Assembly (NCBI GenBank): GCA_036274415.1
Contig: DASUFV010000064.1
Coordinates: 2,064-66,063, forward strand
Source of the DNA: Actinomycetes bacterium
Lineage (GTDB): Bacteria; Actinomycetota; Actinomycetes; JAHEKZ01
DNA length: 64,000 nt
Direction: 5' to 3'
Both the position numbers and the translations under genes were made by a program. How positions within the stretch are numbered: the first letter of the stretch is position 1; each line of letters starts with the position of its first letter. The notes under the pieces were generated by a model. It was not told where the DNA came from. It did not search any database and saw only the letters and a list, made by a program, of their open reading frames with translations. This document shows, one piece after another, positions 8,579-16,780 of the stretch.

Positions 8579-11500
8579 ATGAGCCTCCTGACGCTGCTCC
8601 AGACGACCGTCACCGCGCCGAGTGATGCCTACGGGGCGGCTGTATTCGAAGACCAGCCTATTGCGTTCCTGCGGCTCGACGAAGCCTCTGGGGCCGCCGA
8701 TGACTACATGTCGCCGGGCCGGACTTGGTCCAACAACGGGACGATCACCCAGGGCGTTAGTGGGGTCTTGAACGCACCTGGTGGCACGGCAGTCGAGTTC
8801 GACGGGGTGAACTCGGGTTACTTCCAGAGCCCAGTATCGACTGCTCTCGACATAGCTGACGTGTTCACGCTTGAGGCGTGGATCAAGCCAGACACGTTCA
8901 GTGGTGGCAAGGTCATCCTCCAGAAGGGCACCGGCACGGGCCGGATCACGTGGGAGATGATCGCGACCACGTCACTGGGCCTGTACGTCAATGGCGTCGA
9001 GGCGGCGCATACAGGCGATGTATTCACGGCGGGCCAGCCGTACCACGTCGCTGTCACCAAGAACGGATCGACGACCAAGCTCTACGTCAACGGCGTCGAT
9101 CAGACGATCTTGGGCACCAACAACACGGTCGGGTCAAGCGGTGACACGTGGCGGATCGGTGAGCACAACTCGGGCGGTGAGCTGTTTGACGGCGTCATCG
9201 ACGAAGTCGCGATCTACAACACGGCGCTGTCCGCGGCCCGGGTCAAGGCTCACTACGACGTCGGTGCGAGCGCGTACGCCCGCGAGGTGTTTAGCGACAG
9301 CCCCGTTGCCTACTACCGCATGGGCGAGCCGTCCGGCGACGTTCTCGACGACATGGGCGGGGACTCCGGCGCCGCCACTGGCTCGCTCACGCGCGATGTC
9401 GTCGGTGGCCTGAATACCAGCAACGACGACGGGGCGATCGACTTCGACGGCTCGACCAGCTACGTCTCGGTGCCCCATCAGTCCAAGCTCAATCTCGGCA
9501 ACGGCCCGATGTCGTTCGAGTTCTGGATCAAGCTCGGGAACCTTGGGCTCACCGAGCAGAAGATCATCGACAAGGACACGACCGGTGCGTACCAGGTCGT
9601 CAAGCTGTCGTCGGGAGCGGTACAGCCGAACGGCATCGCGTTCGGCAAGGCCGATGTCGCGTTCATCGCGTCGTCGACGGTCAGCCTTGACTTGGATTGG
9701 CATCACGTCGTCATCACGAAAAGCGGCTCGACGACGAAGATATACATCGACGCCGTCGATCGAACCGGAACCGTGACCGATCAGACGCTCGGCGACACCG
9801 GCGGATCGCTTTACATCGGCTCGCGGCGCGGCGGTGCATTGGAGTTCCTCGACGGCAGCCTCGACGAGCTCGCGATCTACAACACCGAGCTGAGCTCTGC
9901 TCGCATTGCTGCACACTACGACGCGGGAAAGTCGACCGGCGCGCAGTCGGTCAGCGTTGGACTGATCAACCAGGCGGCGACGACGTTCACGCCGACGGTT
10001 ATCGCAGTACGGAACCTGTCGGTCGGCCTGATCAATCAGGCTGCGGCGACGTTTACGCCGACCGTCCTGCAGCAGCAGTTCGTTTCAGTCGGCCTGATCA
10101 ACCGAATGGCCACAGCCAGCACGCCGACCGTCACCTCGCTGGCGACGGTGTCGGTCGGGCTGATCAACCAGGCGGCTACGGCGTTCGCGCCGACGGTCCT
10201 GCAACAGCGGTTCGTCAGTGTGGCGCTGATCAATCGCACAGCGACAGCGTCGACGCCCACGATCACGTCAGTAGCGACGGTCAGCGTTGGTCTGATCAAC
10301 CGCACAGCGGCCACGTTTGCGCCAACGATCACGACCGGCGCGGCGGCGCTCACGGTCGGGCTGATCAATCAGACAGCGGCCACCTTCGCGCCGACGGTCA
10401 TTCCGGGCGCCGTCAACGTCAGCGTTGCGCTGCTGAGCCAGGCCGCGTCGGCGTTCGCACCGACCGTTGGCCGGAACGTCAGCGTTGCTCTGATCAGCCA
10501 GGCTGCGGCGACGTTCACACCGAACATCGGCCGGAGCCTGTCGGTCGGCCTGATCAACCAGACAGCGGTCACATTCACGCCGAGCGTCGGCCGGAACATC
10601 GGCGTTGGGCTTGTCAACCGGACGGCGGTCGCCTCGGCGCCGACCGTCACGAGCGTCGCCTCGATCTCGCTGGCCCTGATCAACCGGACGGCAGTCGCCT
10701 TGGCGCCGACGATCGACGCCGGGCAGGCGGCGATCAGCACGGGGCTGATCAACCAAGCAGCGGTGGCGCTCACGCCAACGGTGACCTCGCTGGCCACGGT
10801 CAGCGTCGGGCTGATCAACCGGACGGCAACGGCCAGTACGCCGACGATCCAGCAACAGCAGTTCGTCGGGCTTGCGCTGATCGACCGGACGGCGGTTGCC
10901 CAGACGCCAATCGTCACGAGCGTTGCCTCGGTCAGCTTCGGGCTGATCGACAGGACGGCCCAGGCGCACGCGCCAGCGATCAGCTACCAGCAGTTCGTCT
11001 CGCTGGGCTTTGTCAGCCAGACGGCGGTTGCCCAAGAACCGACGATCACGACCGGCGCAGGCAGCGTGGTCGTCGATACGATCAACCAGGCGGCGACGAC
11101 GTTCACGCCGACCGTTACGACGGGCGCAGCGACAGTCAGCGTCGCGCTGATTGATCGAACTGCCGCGGCCTTCGCCCCAACGATCACAACCGGCGCGGTT
11201 GGGATCAGTGTCGAGCCCATCAATCAAACGGCAGCAGCGCTCTCGCCGTCGGTCGCGAACATCTACACGATCAGCGTTGGGCGGATTGATCGAACCGCCA
11301 CAGCGTTCAGCCCGGGGATCGTCCAGGCCGGGTTCATCTCGCTGGGTCGCATCAATCAGGAAGCTGCCACGTTCGCTCCGGCGATCACGTCGGGCGAGGC
11401 GCAGGTCGTTGTCGGACTCGTCAGCCAGTTGGCTGCGACGTTCGCCCCGGCCATCGCCGCTCAGGCGTCGATCAGCCTGGGACAGGTCAACCAGACCGCC

Positions 11501-11737
11501 GCTGCATTCGACCCGACGCTGACGACGTTCGCGACGATCAGCTTCGGGAGGGTCGACCAGCCCACGGCGGCGTTCGCGCCGACCGTGAAGCAGTTCGGCG
11601 ACACGCTGCCGTACCCGGTGGACGTGTCGATCTATGTGGAAGCCAAGCCGAGCGCCAGCCTCACCGTCGAGGACGGCTACAAGGCTGAGCTCGCCGCGGA
11701 CGGCTCAATGCTCGCCACCCTGACGAGAGGAACCTGA
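8579..11737 (+). CDS. large fibre-like protein with 2 LamG (concanavalin A-like lectin) domains and about 25 tandem 22-aa repeats
   Basis: 1052 aa. The two LamG signatures are FTLEAWIKPD...DEVAIYNTALSAARVKAHYD and FEFWIKLG...DELAIYNTELSSARIAAHYD. These are followed by repeats of the form VSVGLINQAAATFAPTV, then a C-terminal unique domain. Confidence 0.85.
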   Translation: MSLLTLLQTTVTAPSDAYGAAVFEDQPIAFLRLDEASGAADDYMSPGRTWSNNGTITQGVSGVLNAPGGTAVEFDGVNSGYFQSPVSTALDIADVFTLEAWIKPDTFSGGKVILQKGTGTGRITWEMIATTSLGLYVNGVEAAHTGDVFTAGQPYHVAVTKNGSTTKLYVNGVDQTILGTNNTVGSSGDTWRIGEHNSGGELFDGVIDEVAIYNTALSAARVKAHYDVGASAYAREVFSDSPVAYYRMGEPSGDVLDDMGGDSGAATGSLTRDVVGGLNTSNDDGAIDFDGSTSYVSVPHQSKLNLGNGPMSFEFWIKLGNLGLTEQKIIDKDTTGAYQVVKLSSGAVQPNGIAFGKADVAFIASSTVSLDLDWHHVVITKSGSTTKIYIDAVDRTGTVTDQTLGDTGGSLYIGSRRGGALEFLDGSLDELAIYNTELSSARIAAHYDAGKSTGAQSVSVGLINQAATTFTPTVIAVRNLSVGLINQAAATFTPTVLQQQFVSVGLINRMATASTPTVTSLATVSVGLINQAATAFAPTVLQQRFVSVALINRTATASTPTITSVATVSVGLINRTAATFAPTITTGAAALTVGLINQTAATFAPTVIPGAVNVSVALLSQAASAFAPTVGRNVSVALISQAAATFTPNIGRSLSVGLINQTAVTFTPSVGRNIGVGLVNRTAVASAPTVTSVASISLALINRTAVALAPTIDAGQAAISTGLINQAAVALTPTVTSLATVSVGLINRTATASTPTIQQQQFVGLALIDRTAVAQTPIVTSVASVSFGLIDRTAQAHAPAISYQQFVSLGFVSQTAVAQEPTITTGAGSVVVDTINQAATTFTPTVTTGAATVSVALIDRTAAAFAPTITTGAVGISVEPINQTAAALSPSVANIYTISVGRIDRTATAFSPGIVQAGFISLGRINQEAATFAPAITSGEAQVVVGLVSQLAATFAPAIAAQASISLGQVNQTAAAFDPTLTTFATISFGRVDQPTAAFAPTVKQFGDTLPYPVDVSIYVEAKPSASLTVEDGYKAELAADGSMLATLTRGT
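9950..11580 (+). repeat. in-frame tandem repeat array (period about 63-66 nt, about 25 copies) inside gene 8579..11737
   Basis: Recurring GGNCTGATCAAYCRGRCNGCNRYNRCNTTYRCNCCNACN units seen directly in the sequence. Confidence 0.85.
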
Positions 11738-12108
11738 TGGCCACGAAGCTGCTTGTAGACCGCGGCGACGACGAGATCATCCACATGGCCATCACCAAGG
11801 ACAACGTCGCTGTCAATCTCGAGAACTGCAAACTGTGGTGGTACATCGGCACCTCGTCTGTCCCAGCCGTCGTTCCGAATGCGATCGTGACCAAGGACAC
11901 CGACGGGGCCGACATGGTCGTGATCGACGAGCCGGGCGGACTGATCGACATCACGCTGCATCCAGAGGACACCAACGACATCGCGGTGGGCTTCCTGAAC
12001 AAGGACCTGCCGTGGGAGGTCCAGATCCTCGATGCCGGGGGCAAGATCCAGACGATCGCCCGGGGCACGATCAAGATCCAGGCAGACATCATCCGAGCGG
12101 AGGCGTAG
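11737..12108 (+). CDS. hypothetical protein
   Basis: ATGA overlap at 11735-11739. 123 aa. Confidence 0.55.
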   Translation: MATKLLVDRGDDEIIHMAITKDNVAVNLENCKLWWYIGTSSVPAVVPNAIVTKDTDGADMVVIDEPGGLIDITLHPEDTNDIAVGFLNKDLPWEVQILDAGGKIQTIARGTIKIQADIIRAEA

Positions 12109-12109
12109 C

Positions 12110-12307
12110 GTGCCGGAGCTGAAGTTCCGCGACGGCAAGCGCGTTGTGCCCGACTACATGGCGCGCCTGATGGCTGGGATCGAGGTCAAGAACATGACCT
12201 ACGAGGAGGCCATTCGCGCGATGAACCACAAGATGGAGAACGACCACGTGGAGCGGGCTATGTCTCGCATCGTGGACCGCCACTTCATGGAGAACCCCCG
12301 CGGATGA
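12110..12307 (+). CDS. hypothetical small protein
   Basis: GTG 12110 two nt after the upstream TAG, preceded by GGAGG. Coding part of track ORF 12032..12307. Confidence 0.45.
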   Translation: MPELKFRDGKRVVPDYMARLMAGIEVKNMTYEEAIRAMNHKMENDHVERAMSRIVDRHFMENPRG

Positions 12308-13602
12308 GCGTGATCGACACGATCCGGGATTACGTCAGCCGCCCGACGCGCGTGCCGAACAACGTGGCGATCGCTGTGGCGTCTACCGAGCGCGGCCGCG
12401 TCGCCAAGACGAACGCGCGTCGGCTTCGGACGTGGTCGGAGCGATCCGAGTGGATCCGTGCTGCGATCAACATCCGCAAGACGCAGGTGTCGGGTGCTGA
12501 GTGGGACATCGTCCCCGCCGACCCGGATGGGCCTGCGATCGACCTCGGGCTGCAGAAGGAGATCCGGGACCGGCTCGAGTTCGCCAACCCGAAGGCCGAG
12601 AACTTCAACGTCCTGATGGACAAGATCGTCGAGGACATCATCGTGCTCGACGCAGGCGTGATCGAGATCGAGCCGAACCTGATCGGTGAGCCGCTGTACT
12701 TCCATGACGTGGCTGGCGAGGAGGTCCGCGTCAGCTCCCTGTGGGACGGCATGGATCCCGACGAGCCGCGCTACTTCTGGTATCCGGACAACTTCGAGCG
12801 GGGACGCTGGACCAACGATCAGATCGTCTACATCATGGAGACCAGCCGGACGAACTCGGTGGTCGGCCTCTCCAAGCTCGAGACGCTCGCGCTGTCGATC
12901 GACAGCGAGCTCGACGGCCACGCGTTCAACGCGCGCCAGGTGCGCAATGCGGCGCCGGACGGCCTGTTGCACCTCGGCAAGGGCGCCAAGCAGGAGAACG
13001 TCGAGAGCTTCCGCGCCTTCTGGCAGGCCGAACAGGGCCGCGGCGCGATGGCCATCACGGGCGGCAGCGATGCCCCGGCGTGGCTCAAGTTCCACGACAG
13101 CAACCGCGACATGCAGTTCCTGGAGTGGCAGATCTACCTCGTCCGCAAGATCGCCGCGGTCATGGGCATGGACCCGGGCGACCTGGGCATCGGCATGGAC
13201 ATCAACCGCTCGACGGCCGAGGTCCGCGACAACCAGACCGAGGACCGCGGCATCCGGCCGCTGATGAACACGCTGGCCAAGCACATCACGCGCGAGATCG
13301 TCTGGCACCCGGGCTTCGGCGGGCAGGACAACAACCTGCGCTTCCACTGGACGAAGCTGAACCTCAAGGAGTCGGCTGCTCGGGCGGCGATCTACAAGAT
13401 CGCGCTCGGCGGCACGCCGTACATGAGCGTCAACGAGGCTCGCAAGGAGACCGGCCGGGATCCGTGGGGCCCCGAGTTCGACGATCCGATCATCACCAAT
13501 CCACAGGGCACGTTCTCACTCAAGGACATCCCGACGATCCGGGAGTTCCTCGACATGAAGAACCAGGCCAAGGAGTTGCCGAGTGGGGCGACGGACGATT
13601 GA
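12304..13602 (+). CDS. portal protein
   Basis: 432 aa with an HK97-type portal region (...QFLEWQIYLVRKIAAVMGMDPGDLG...). ATGA overlap at the start. Confidence 0.85.
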   Translation: MSVIDTIRDYVSRPTRVPNNVAIAVASTERGRVAKTNARRLRTWSERSEWIRAAINIRKTQVSGAEWDIVPADPDGPAIDLGLQKEIRDRLEFANPKAENFNVLMDKIVEDIIVLDAGVIEIEPNLIGEPLYFHDVAGEEVRVSSLWDGMDPDEPRYFWYPDNFERGRWTNDQIVYIMETSRTNSVVGLSKLETLALSIDSELDGHAFNARQVRNAAPDGLLHLGKGAKQENVESFRAFWQAEQGRGAMAITGGSDAPAWLKFHDSNRDMQFLEWQIYLVRKIAAVMGMDPGDLGIGMDINRSTAEVRDNQTEDRGIRPLMNTLAKHITREIVWHPGFGGQDNNLRFHWTKLNLKESAARAAIYKIALGGTPYMSVNEARKETGRDPWGPEFDDPIITNPQGTFSLKDIPTIREFLDMKNQAKELPSGATDD

Positions 13603-13798
13603 CCGCCCGCCGACCAAACGACAGATCGAGTGCTTTGAGACCTACGCCAGGTTCGGCGACGGCGCAGAAGCTGCTCGCAGGCTGGGCATCAGCATTCAGC
13701 AGTTGAAGCGCATGTGCGGCCAGTACTATCGTCGCGTCGGCGCCAACAGTGGCGTCCAGGCCGCCTACCTGACGTGGGGCCCGAAGGACAACGCATGA
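13583..13798 (+). CDS. small HTH protein (sigma-70 region 4 / LuxR-like helix-turn-helix)
   Basis: GTG start after AAGGAG. TKRQIECFETYARFGDGAEAARRLGISIQQLKRM. Confidence 0.55.
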   Translation: MGRRTIDRPPTKRQIECFETYARFGDGAEAARRLGISIQQLKRMCGQYYRRVGANSGVQAAYLTWGPKDNA

Positions 13799-14418
13799 TC
13801 GAACTCGAGCCGGTCGATCCCGAGTTCTACGACCGGGAGTACTACACCAGCGGGACCAAGTCGAACTACGCGCCGTACGGCCCCGGGTCGTGGGCCGACT
13901 GGATCGTCGATATGGCCATGAACCACGTGAAGCCGAGGCCGTCGAGCGTGCTCGATGTCGGTTGCGCGTATGGCTTCCTGGTGGAGCGGTTCTGGAACCG
14001 GCTGGGAGTTCCGGCCTGGGGGTTCGACATCTCCCGGTACGCCATCGAGAAGCAGGGGTTTCTCGGGCGGACATGGGTGGGCGATTGCGCGGATCCGGCT
14101 GCATGGAAGACCGTCGACCTTACGCTCGCGTGCGAGCTTGGTGAGCACCTGACGCCAGCGCAGGCACAGCAGATGCTTCGGAACGCATTCACGTTCAGCA
14201 ACCGAGCGTTGATGCTCATCGCGGTTGACCTGGGCGACTACGACAGTCACGCAGAGACCGATGGATCGCACATCCACGTGGTGCCGATGGCCTGGTGGGA
14301 ACAGGCAGCACGAGAGGCAGGCTGGAGCGTCGCGGACGCCAGCGCGTTCAATGAAGACTGGCGTTCGAGCCAGATGGGTTGGTCGGGCCGCTGGCTCTAC
14401 CTGACAAAGGAGGCGTAA
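13795..14418 (+). CDS. class I SAM-dependent methyltransferase
   Basis: ATGA overlap. Motif I VLDVGCAYGFLVERF. Confidence 0.75.
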   Translation: MIELEPVDPEFYDREYYTSGTKSNYAPYGPGSWADWIVDMAMNHVKPRPSSVLDVGCAYGFLVERFWNRLGVPAWGFDISRYAIEKQGFLGRTWVGDCADPAAWKTVDLTLACELGEHLTPAQAQQMLRNAFTFSNRALMLIAVDLGDYDSHAETDGSHIHVVPMAWWEQAAREAGWSVADASAFNEDWRSSQMGWSGRWLYLTKEA

Positions 14419-14421
14419 GCA

Positions 14422-14979
14422 ATGGCAGCTGCCATCACCGCCCGAACAGGATCGGGCAGCGTCGTCAAGGCCAAGACGGCGGTCCATGTCGAGGTCACCG
14501 GGGCCGAGGCCAACGTCGGCGACACGGGTCCCGTCAGTGTCACCGCAGCGTCGGTGGCGAACCCAACGCAGCTCACCACCGCCACGGCCCACGGGCTGAC
14601 GACGGGCGAGACGGTGACGCTCGCCGGGTTCGACACGACCCCGACGATCAACGGCTCGCGGGTCGTAACCGTGGTCGACACGACGCACTTCACGGTCCCG
14701 GTCAACGTGTCCGCCGTCACCGACGGCACGGGCACCGTGGAGCGGACGAAGAACGTGGCAGGGCTCGAGGTCGGCACCGAGAAGCGCTACTACCTGCTGG
14801 TGGACGCTCCGGCCGGTGTAGATGACGCCCGCAGCCACGTGTTCCAGACGTCCGCCGACGGCAAGCACGTCTGGGACGACTACATCTTCCCCGCGGCCGG
14901 GTCGTACACGATCCGCCTGCGAGACATGCTCGACGACAGCGACGTGGCGACCCTCGCGGTCACCGTCGACGCTGCCTGA
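14422..14979 (+). CDS. hypothetical T/G/V-rich protein (possible virion or decoration protein)
   Basis: 185-aa ORF. Confidence 0.55.
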   Translation: MAAAITARTGSGSVVKAKTAVHVEVTGAEANVGDTGPVSVTAASVANPTQLTTATAHGLTTGETVTLAGFDTTPTINGSRVVTVVDTTHFTVPVNVSAVTDGTGTVERTKNVAGLEVGTEKRYYLLVDAPAGVDDARSHVFQTSADGKHVWDDYIFPAAGSYTIRLRDMLDDSDVATLAVTVDAA

Positions 14980-14991
14980 CCGGAGGGCCAG

Positions 14992-15735
14992 ATGGCAACA
15001 CAGCGCAAGACCACCCGGCGGCAGCCGACCCGGAAGCCTCGGGCTGCTGCCAAGCCGACAGCCGCGGCCGAGACCTCTGCTGATCTCGAAGCGGGCAAGG
15101 TCGCAGCTGAAGTCAACGCCGACCAGCAGGACTCGACGCTCACGACCGATGACGGGCGCGACATCGAGGAGCTTCGCAAGGAGCGTGCCGACCTGATCCG
15201 CGAGATCCAGGAGCTCGAGGAGAAGAAGGTCAAGGCAGCCCAGGACGCCGCCGCGAAGGCGGGCCAGGTTGCCAAGATCGACGACGCCGGGGCGCTGGAG
15301 CAGCAGGAGGCAGCGCGTGACTCCGGTCGCGAGCTGTACGACAGGCTGGGCATCCTCGAAGGTCCGCCTGTCGTTGCTCCTCAGCTCGACAATCTCGACG
15401 GCAAGGTCAAGGTTGTCTCGCGCCGCGAGGGCGACAGCTGGAACAAGTCGGTCAACAAGCTGCGCTTCGTTGGGTTCGTGGCCCACGTCGTGGGCGAGGA
15501 TCTGCCGTGGCCCGCGGAGATCATTGTCGACATCCGCCGCAAGGACGGCAGTGACCACCAGCGCTTCAGCGCGTGGAGCGAGAACGGGACGATCGACGTC
15601 CCGCTTCCGGGGATCACCGGCGTGGGCGACTACGTCCTCCACCTGGAGCACCTGGAGACACGCGTCGGCGAGGGCAGCGACGAGCGGCTGCCGATCGTCC
15701 GCGAGTCCAAGCCCCTCGAGATCAACCTGTACTGA
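14992..15735 (+). CDS. hypothetical protein with a basic N-terminus and a coiled-coil segment
   Basis: 247 aa. EELRKERADLIREIQELEEKKVKAAQD. Confidence 0.55.
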   Translation: MATQRKTTRRQPTRKPRAAAKPTAAAETSADLEAGKVAAEVNADQQDSTLTTDDGRDIEELRKERADLIREIQELEEKKVKAAQDAAAKAGQVAKIDDAGALEQQEAARDSGRELYDRLGILEGPPVVAPQLDNLDGKVKVVSRREGDSWNKSVNKLRFVGFVAHVVGEDLPWPAEIIVDIRRKDGSDHQRFSAWSENGTIDVPLPGITGVGDYVLHLEHLETRVGEGSDERLPIVRESKPLEINLY

Positions 15736-15743
15736 GGTGCCGC

Positions 15744-16037
15744 ATGGCTGACGACGAGAAGCAGGAGGAGGCCCCGAAGGGCTTCGTCTCCACCGCCGAG
15801 GGAGCTGAGACCAACGAGCCACTCGGCTCGGATCAGGAGCGCCCGAAGCAGACCCCGGACCAATTCTTCGACCCGAGTCGCGATCGCCCGGACGCGGCCG
15901 AGGCGCCGAAGAGCCATGCCACCAAAGGCATGACCAGCCTCGGCTACACCGAGGCCAGTCGGCTTGAGAACACCGCCGAGCAGCAGGAGCGCGATCGCAA
16001 GGCCGCCGAAAGGCTGGCCACGAAGTCGAAGGACTGA
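15744..16037 (+). CDS. acidic low-complexity protein
   Basis: ATG 15744 within track ORF 15573..16037. Contains SLGY. Confidence 0.5.
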   Translation: MADDEKQEEAPKGFVSTAEGAETNEPLGSDQERPKQTPDQFFDPSRDRPDAAEAPKSHATKGMTSLGYTEASRLENTAEQQERDRKAAERLATKSKD

Positions 16038-16096
16038 CGCTAGGGCGGCACCGCACTCTGAGTTGGCGTGGGCGTCCACGCCAACAAGGAGGCCAT

Positions 16097-16222
16097 ATGC
16101 CTGAAGTCAAGCGAGAGCAGACCAAGGGCGGCAAGACGGGCTCGACCCCGAAGCTGCCGACCAAGGGCGCCGAGAAGGGCGCGAAGTCGACCGAGGAACG
16201 GGTCGAGAAGCAGGAGCGCTGA
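16097..16222 (+). CDS. small lysine-rich protein (41 aa), below the track cutoff
   Basis: AAGGAGG precedes ATG 16097. MPEVKREQTKGGKTG... Confidence 0.3.
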   Translation: MPEVKREQTKGGKTGSTPKLPTKGAEKGAKSTEERVEKQER

Positions 16223-16519
16223 GTGGCACGCGAGAAGGCCAAGGGCGTCGACAAGCCCGACAAGGATGCCATCGCGGAGGCGGGTGAGGCCGATGTCTCG
16301 ACCGCCGACGGTGGCGACGACGCAGCCGATCTCGAGGGCTACACGGGTCCGGACGGATCCAAGAGCCTCGGCTACCTAAAGCACGCGCCGGTCGAGGACA
16401 ACAGCGGCCTCGGTGCGGATGCCGACGATGCGGGTCGCACGACCCAGGAACCGGGTCAGAACTCGGGCGCCGGGCAGCCGCAGAACGAGAACGAGTCCAA
16501 GCCGGTCAGCGAGGCGTAA
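16223..16519 (+). CDS. acidic low-complexity protein
   Basis: GTG 16223 directly after the upstream TGA. Contains SLGY. Confidence 0.5.
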   Translation: MAREKAKGVDKPDKDAIAEAGEADVSTADGGDDAADLEGYTGPDGSKSLGYLKHAPVEDNSGLGADADDAGRTTQEPGQNSGAGQPQNENESKPVSEA

Positions 16520-16527
16520 CCAACTAA

Positions 16528-16559
16528 GGCCCCCGACCCCCAGCGGGGGCCTTTCCTTT
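16528..16559 (+). terminator. intrinsic terminator
   Basis: GGCCCCCG-acccccag-CGGGGGCC followed by TTTCCTTT. Confidence 0.7.
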
Positions 16560-16780
16560 CCGGCCGTCACCCGCTATCTTGCGGGGGACTAGGGCTCCCG
16601 GGCCCAACGCCGGACGGACGGTGCGCAATGCGCTGTCCGACCGACCCGGTCGATCCCCACGGGAAGACGTGGTTCCCCGAGCCGACGTGATCTCGGCGAG
16701 TGGGGTATGGGACCACGCACCGGGTCTTTCTCTTTCAACCATCAGCCGGGCGTGAGTGCGCGTCCGGCGTGGAGGTATGC

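Noticed and set aside
9697-11227. Long ORFs in other frames of the repeat region (9697..11154 +, 10268..11227 -, 10369..10917 -)
   Set aside because: Artefacts of the periodic repeat sequence. They are extremely Arg- or Asp-rich and unprotein-like.
9950-11580. Possible CRISPR array, because of regularly spaced repeats
   Set aside because: The repeats are contiguous with no unique spacers, in-frame, and encode a 21-22-aa protein repeat. No cas genes or leader are present.
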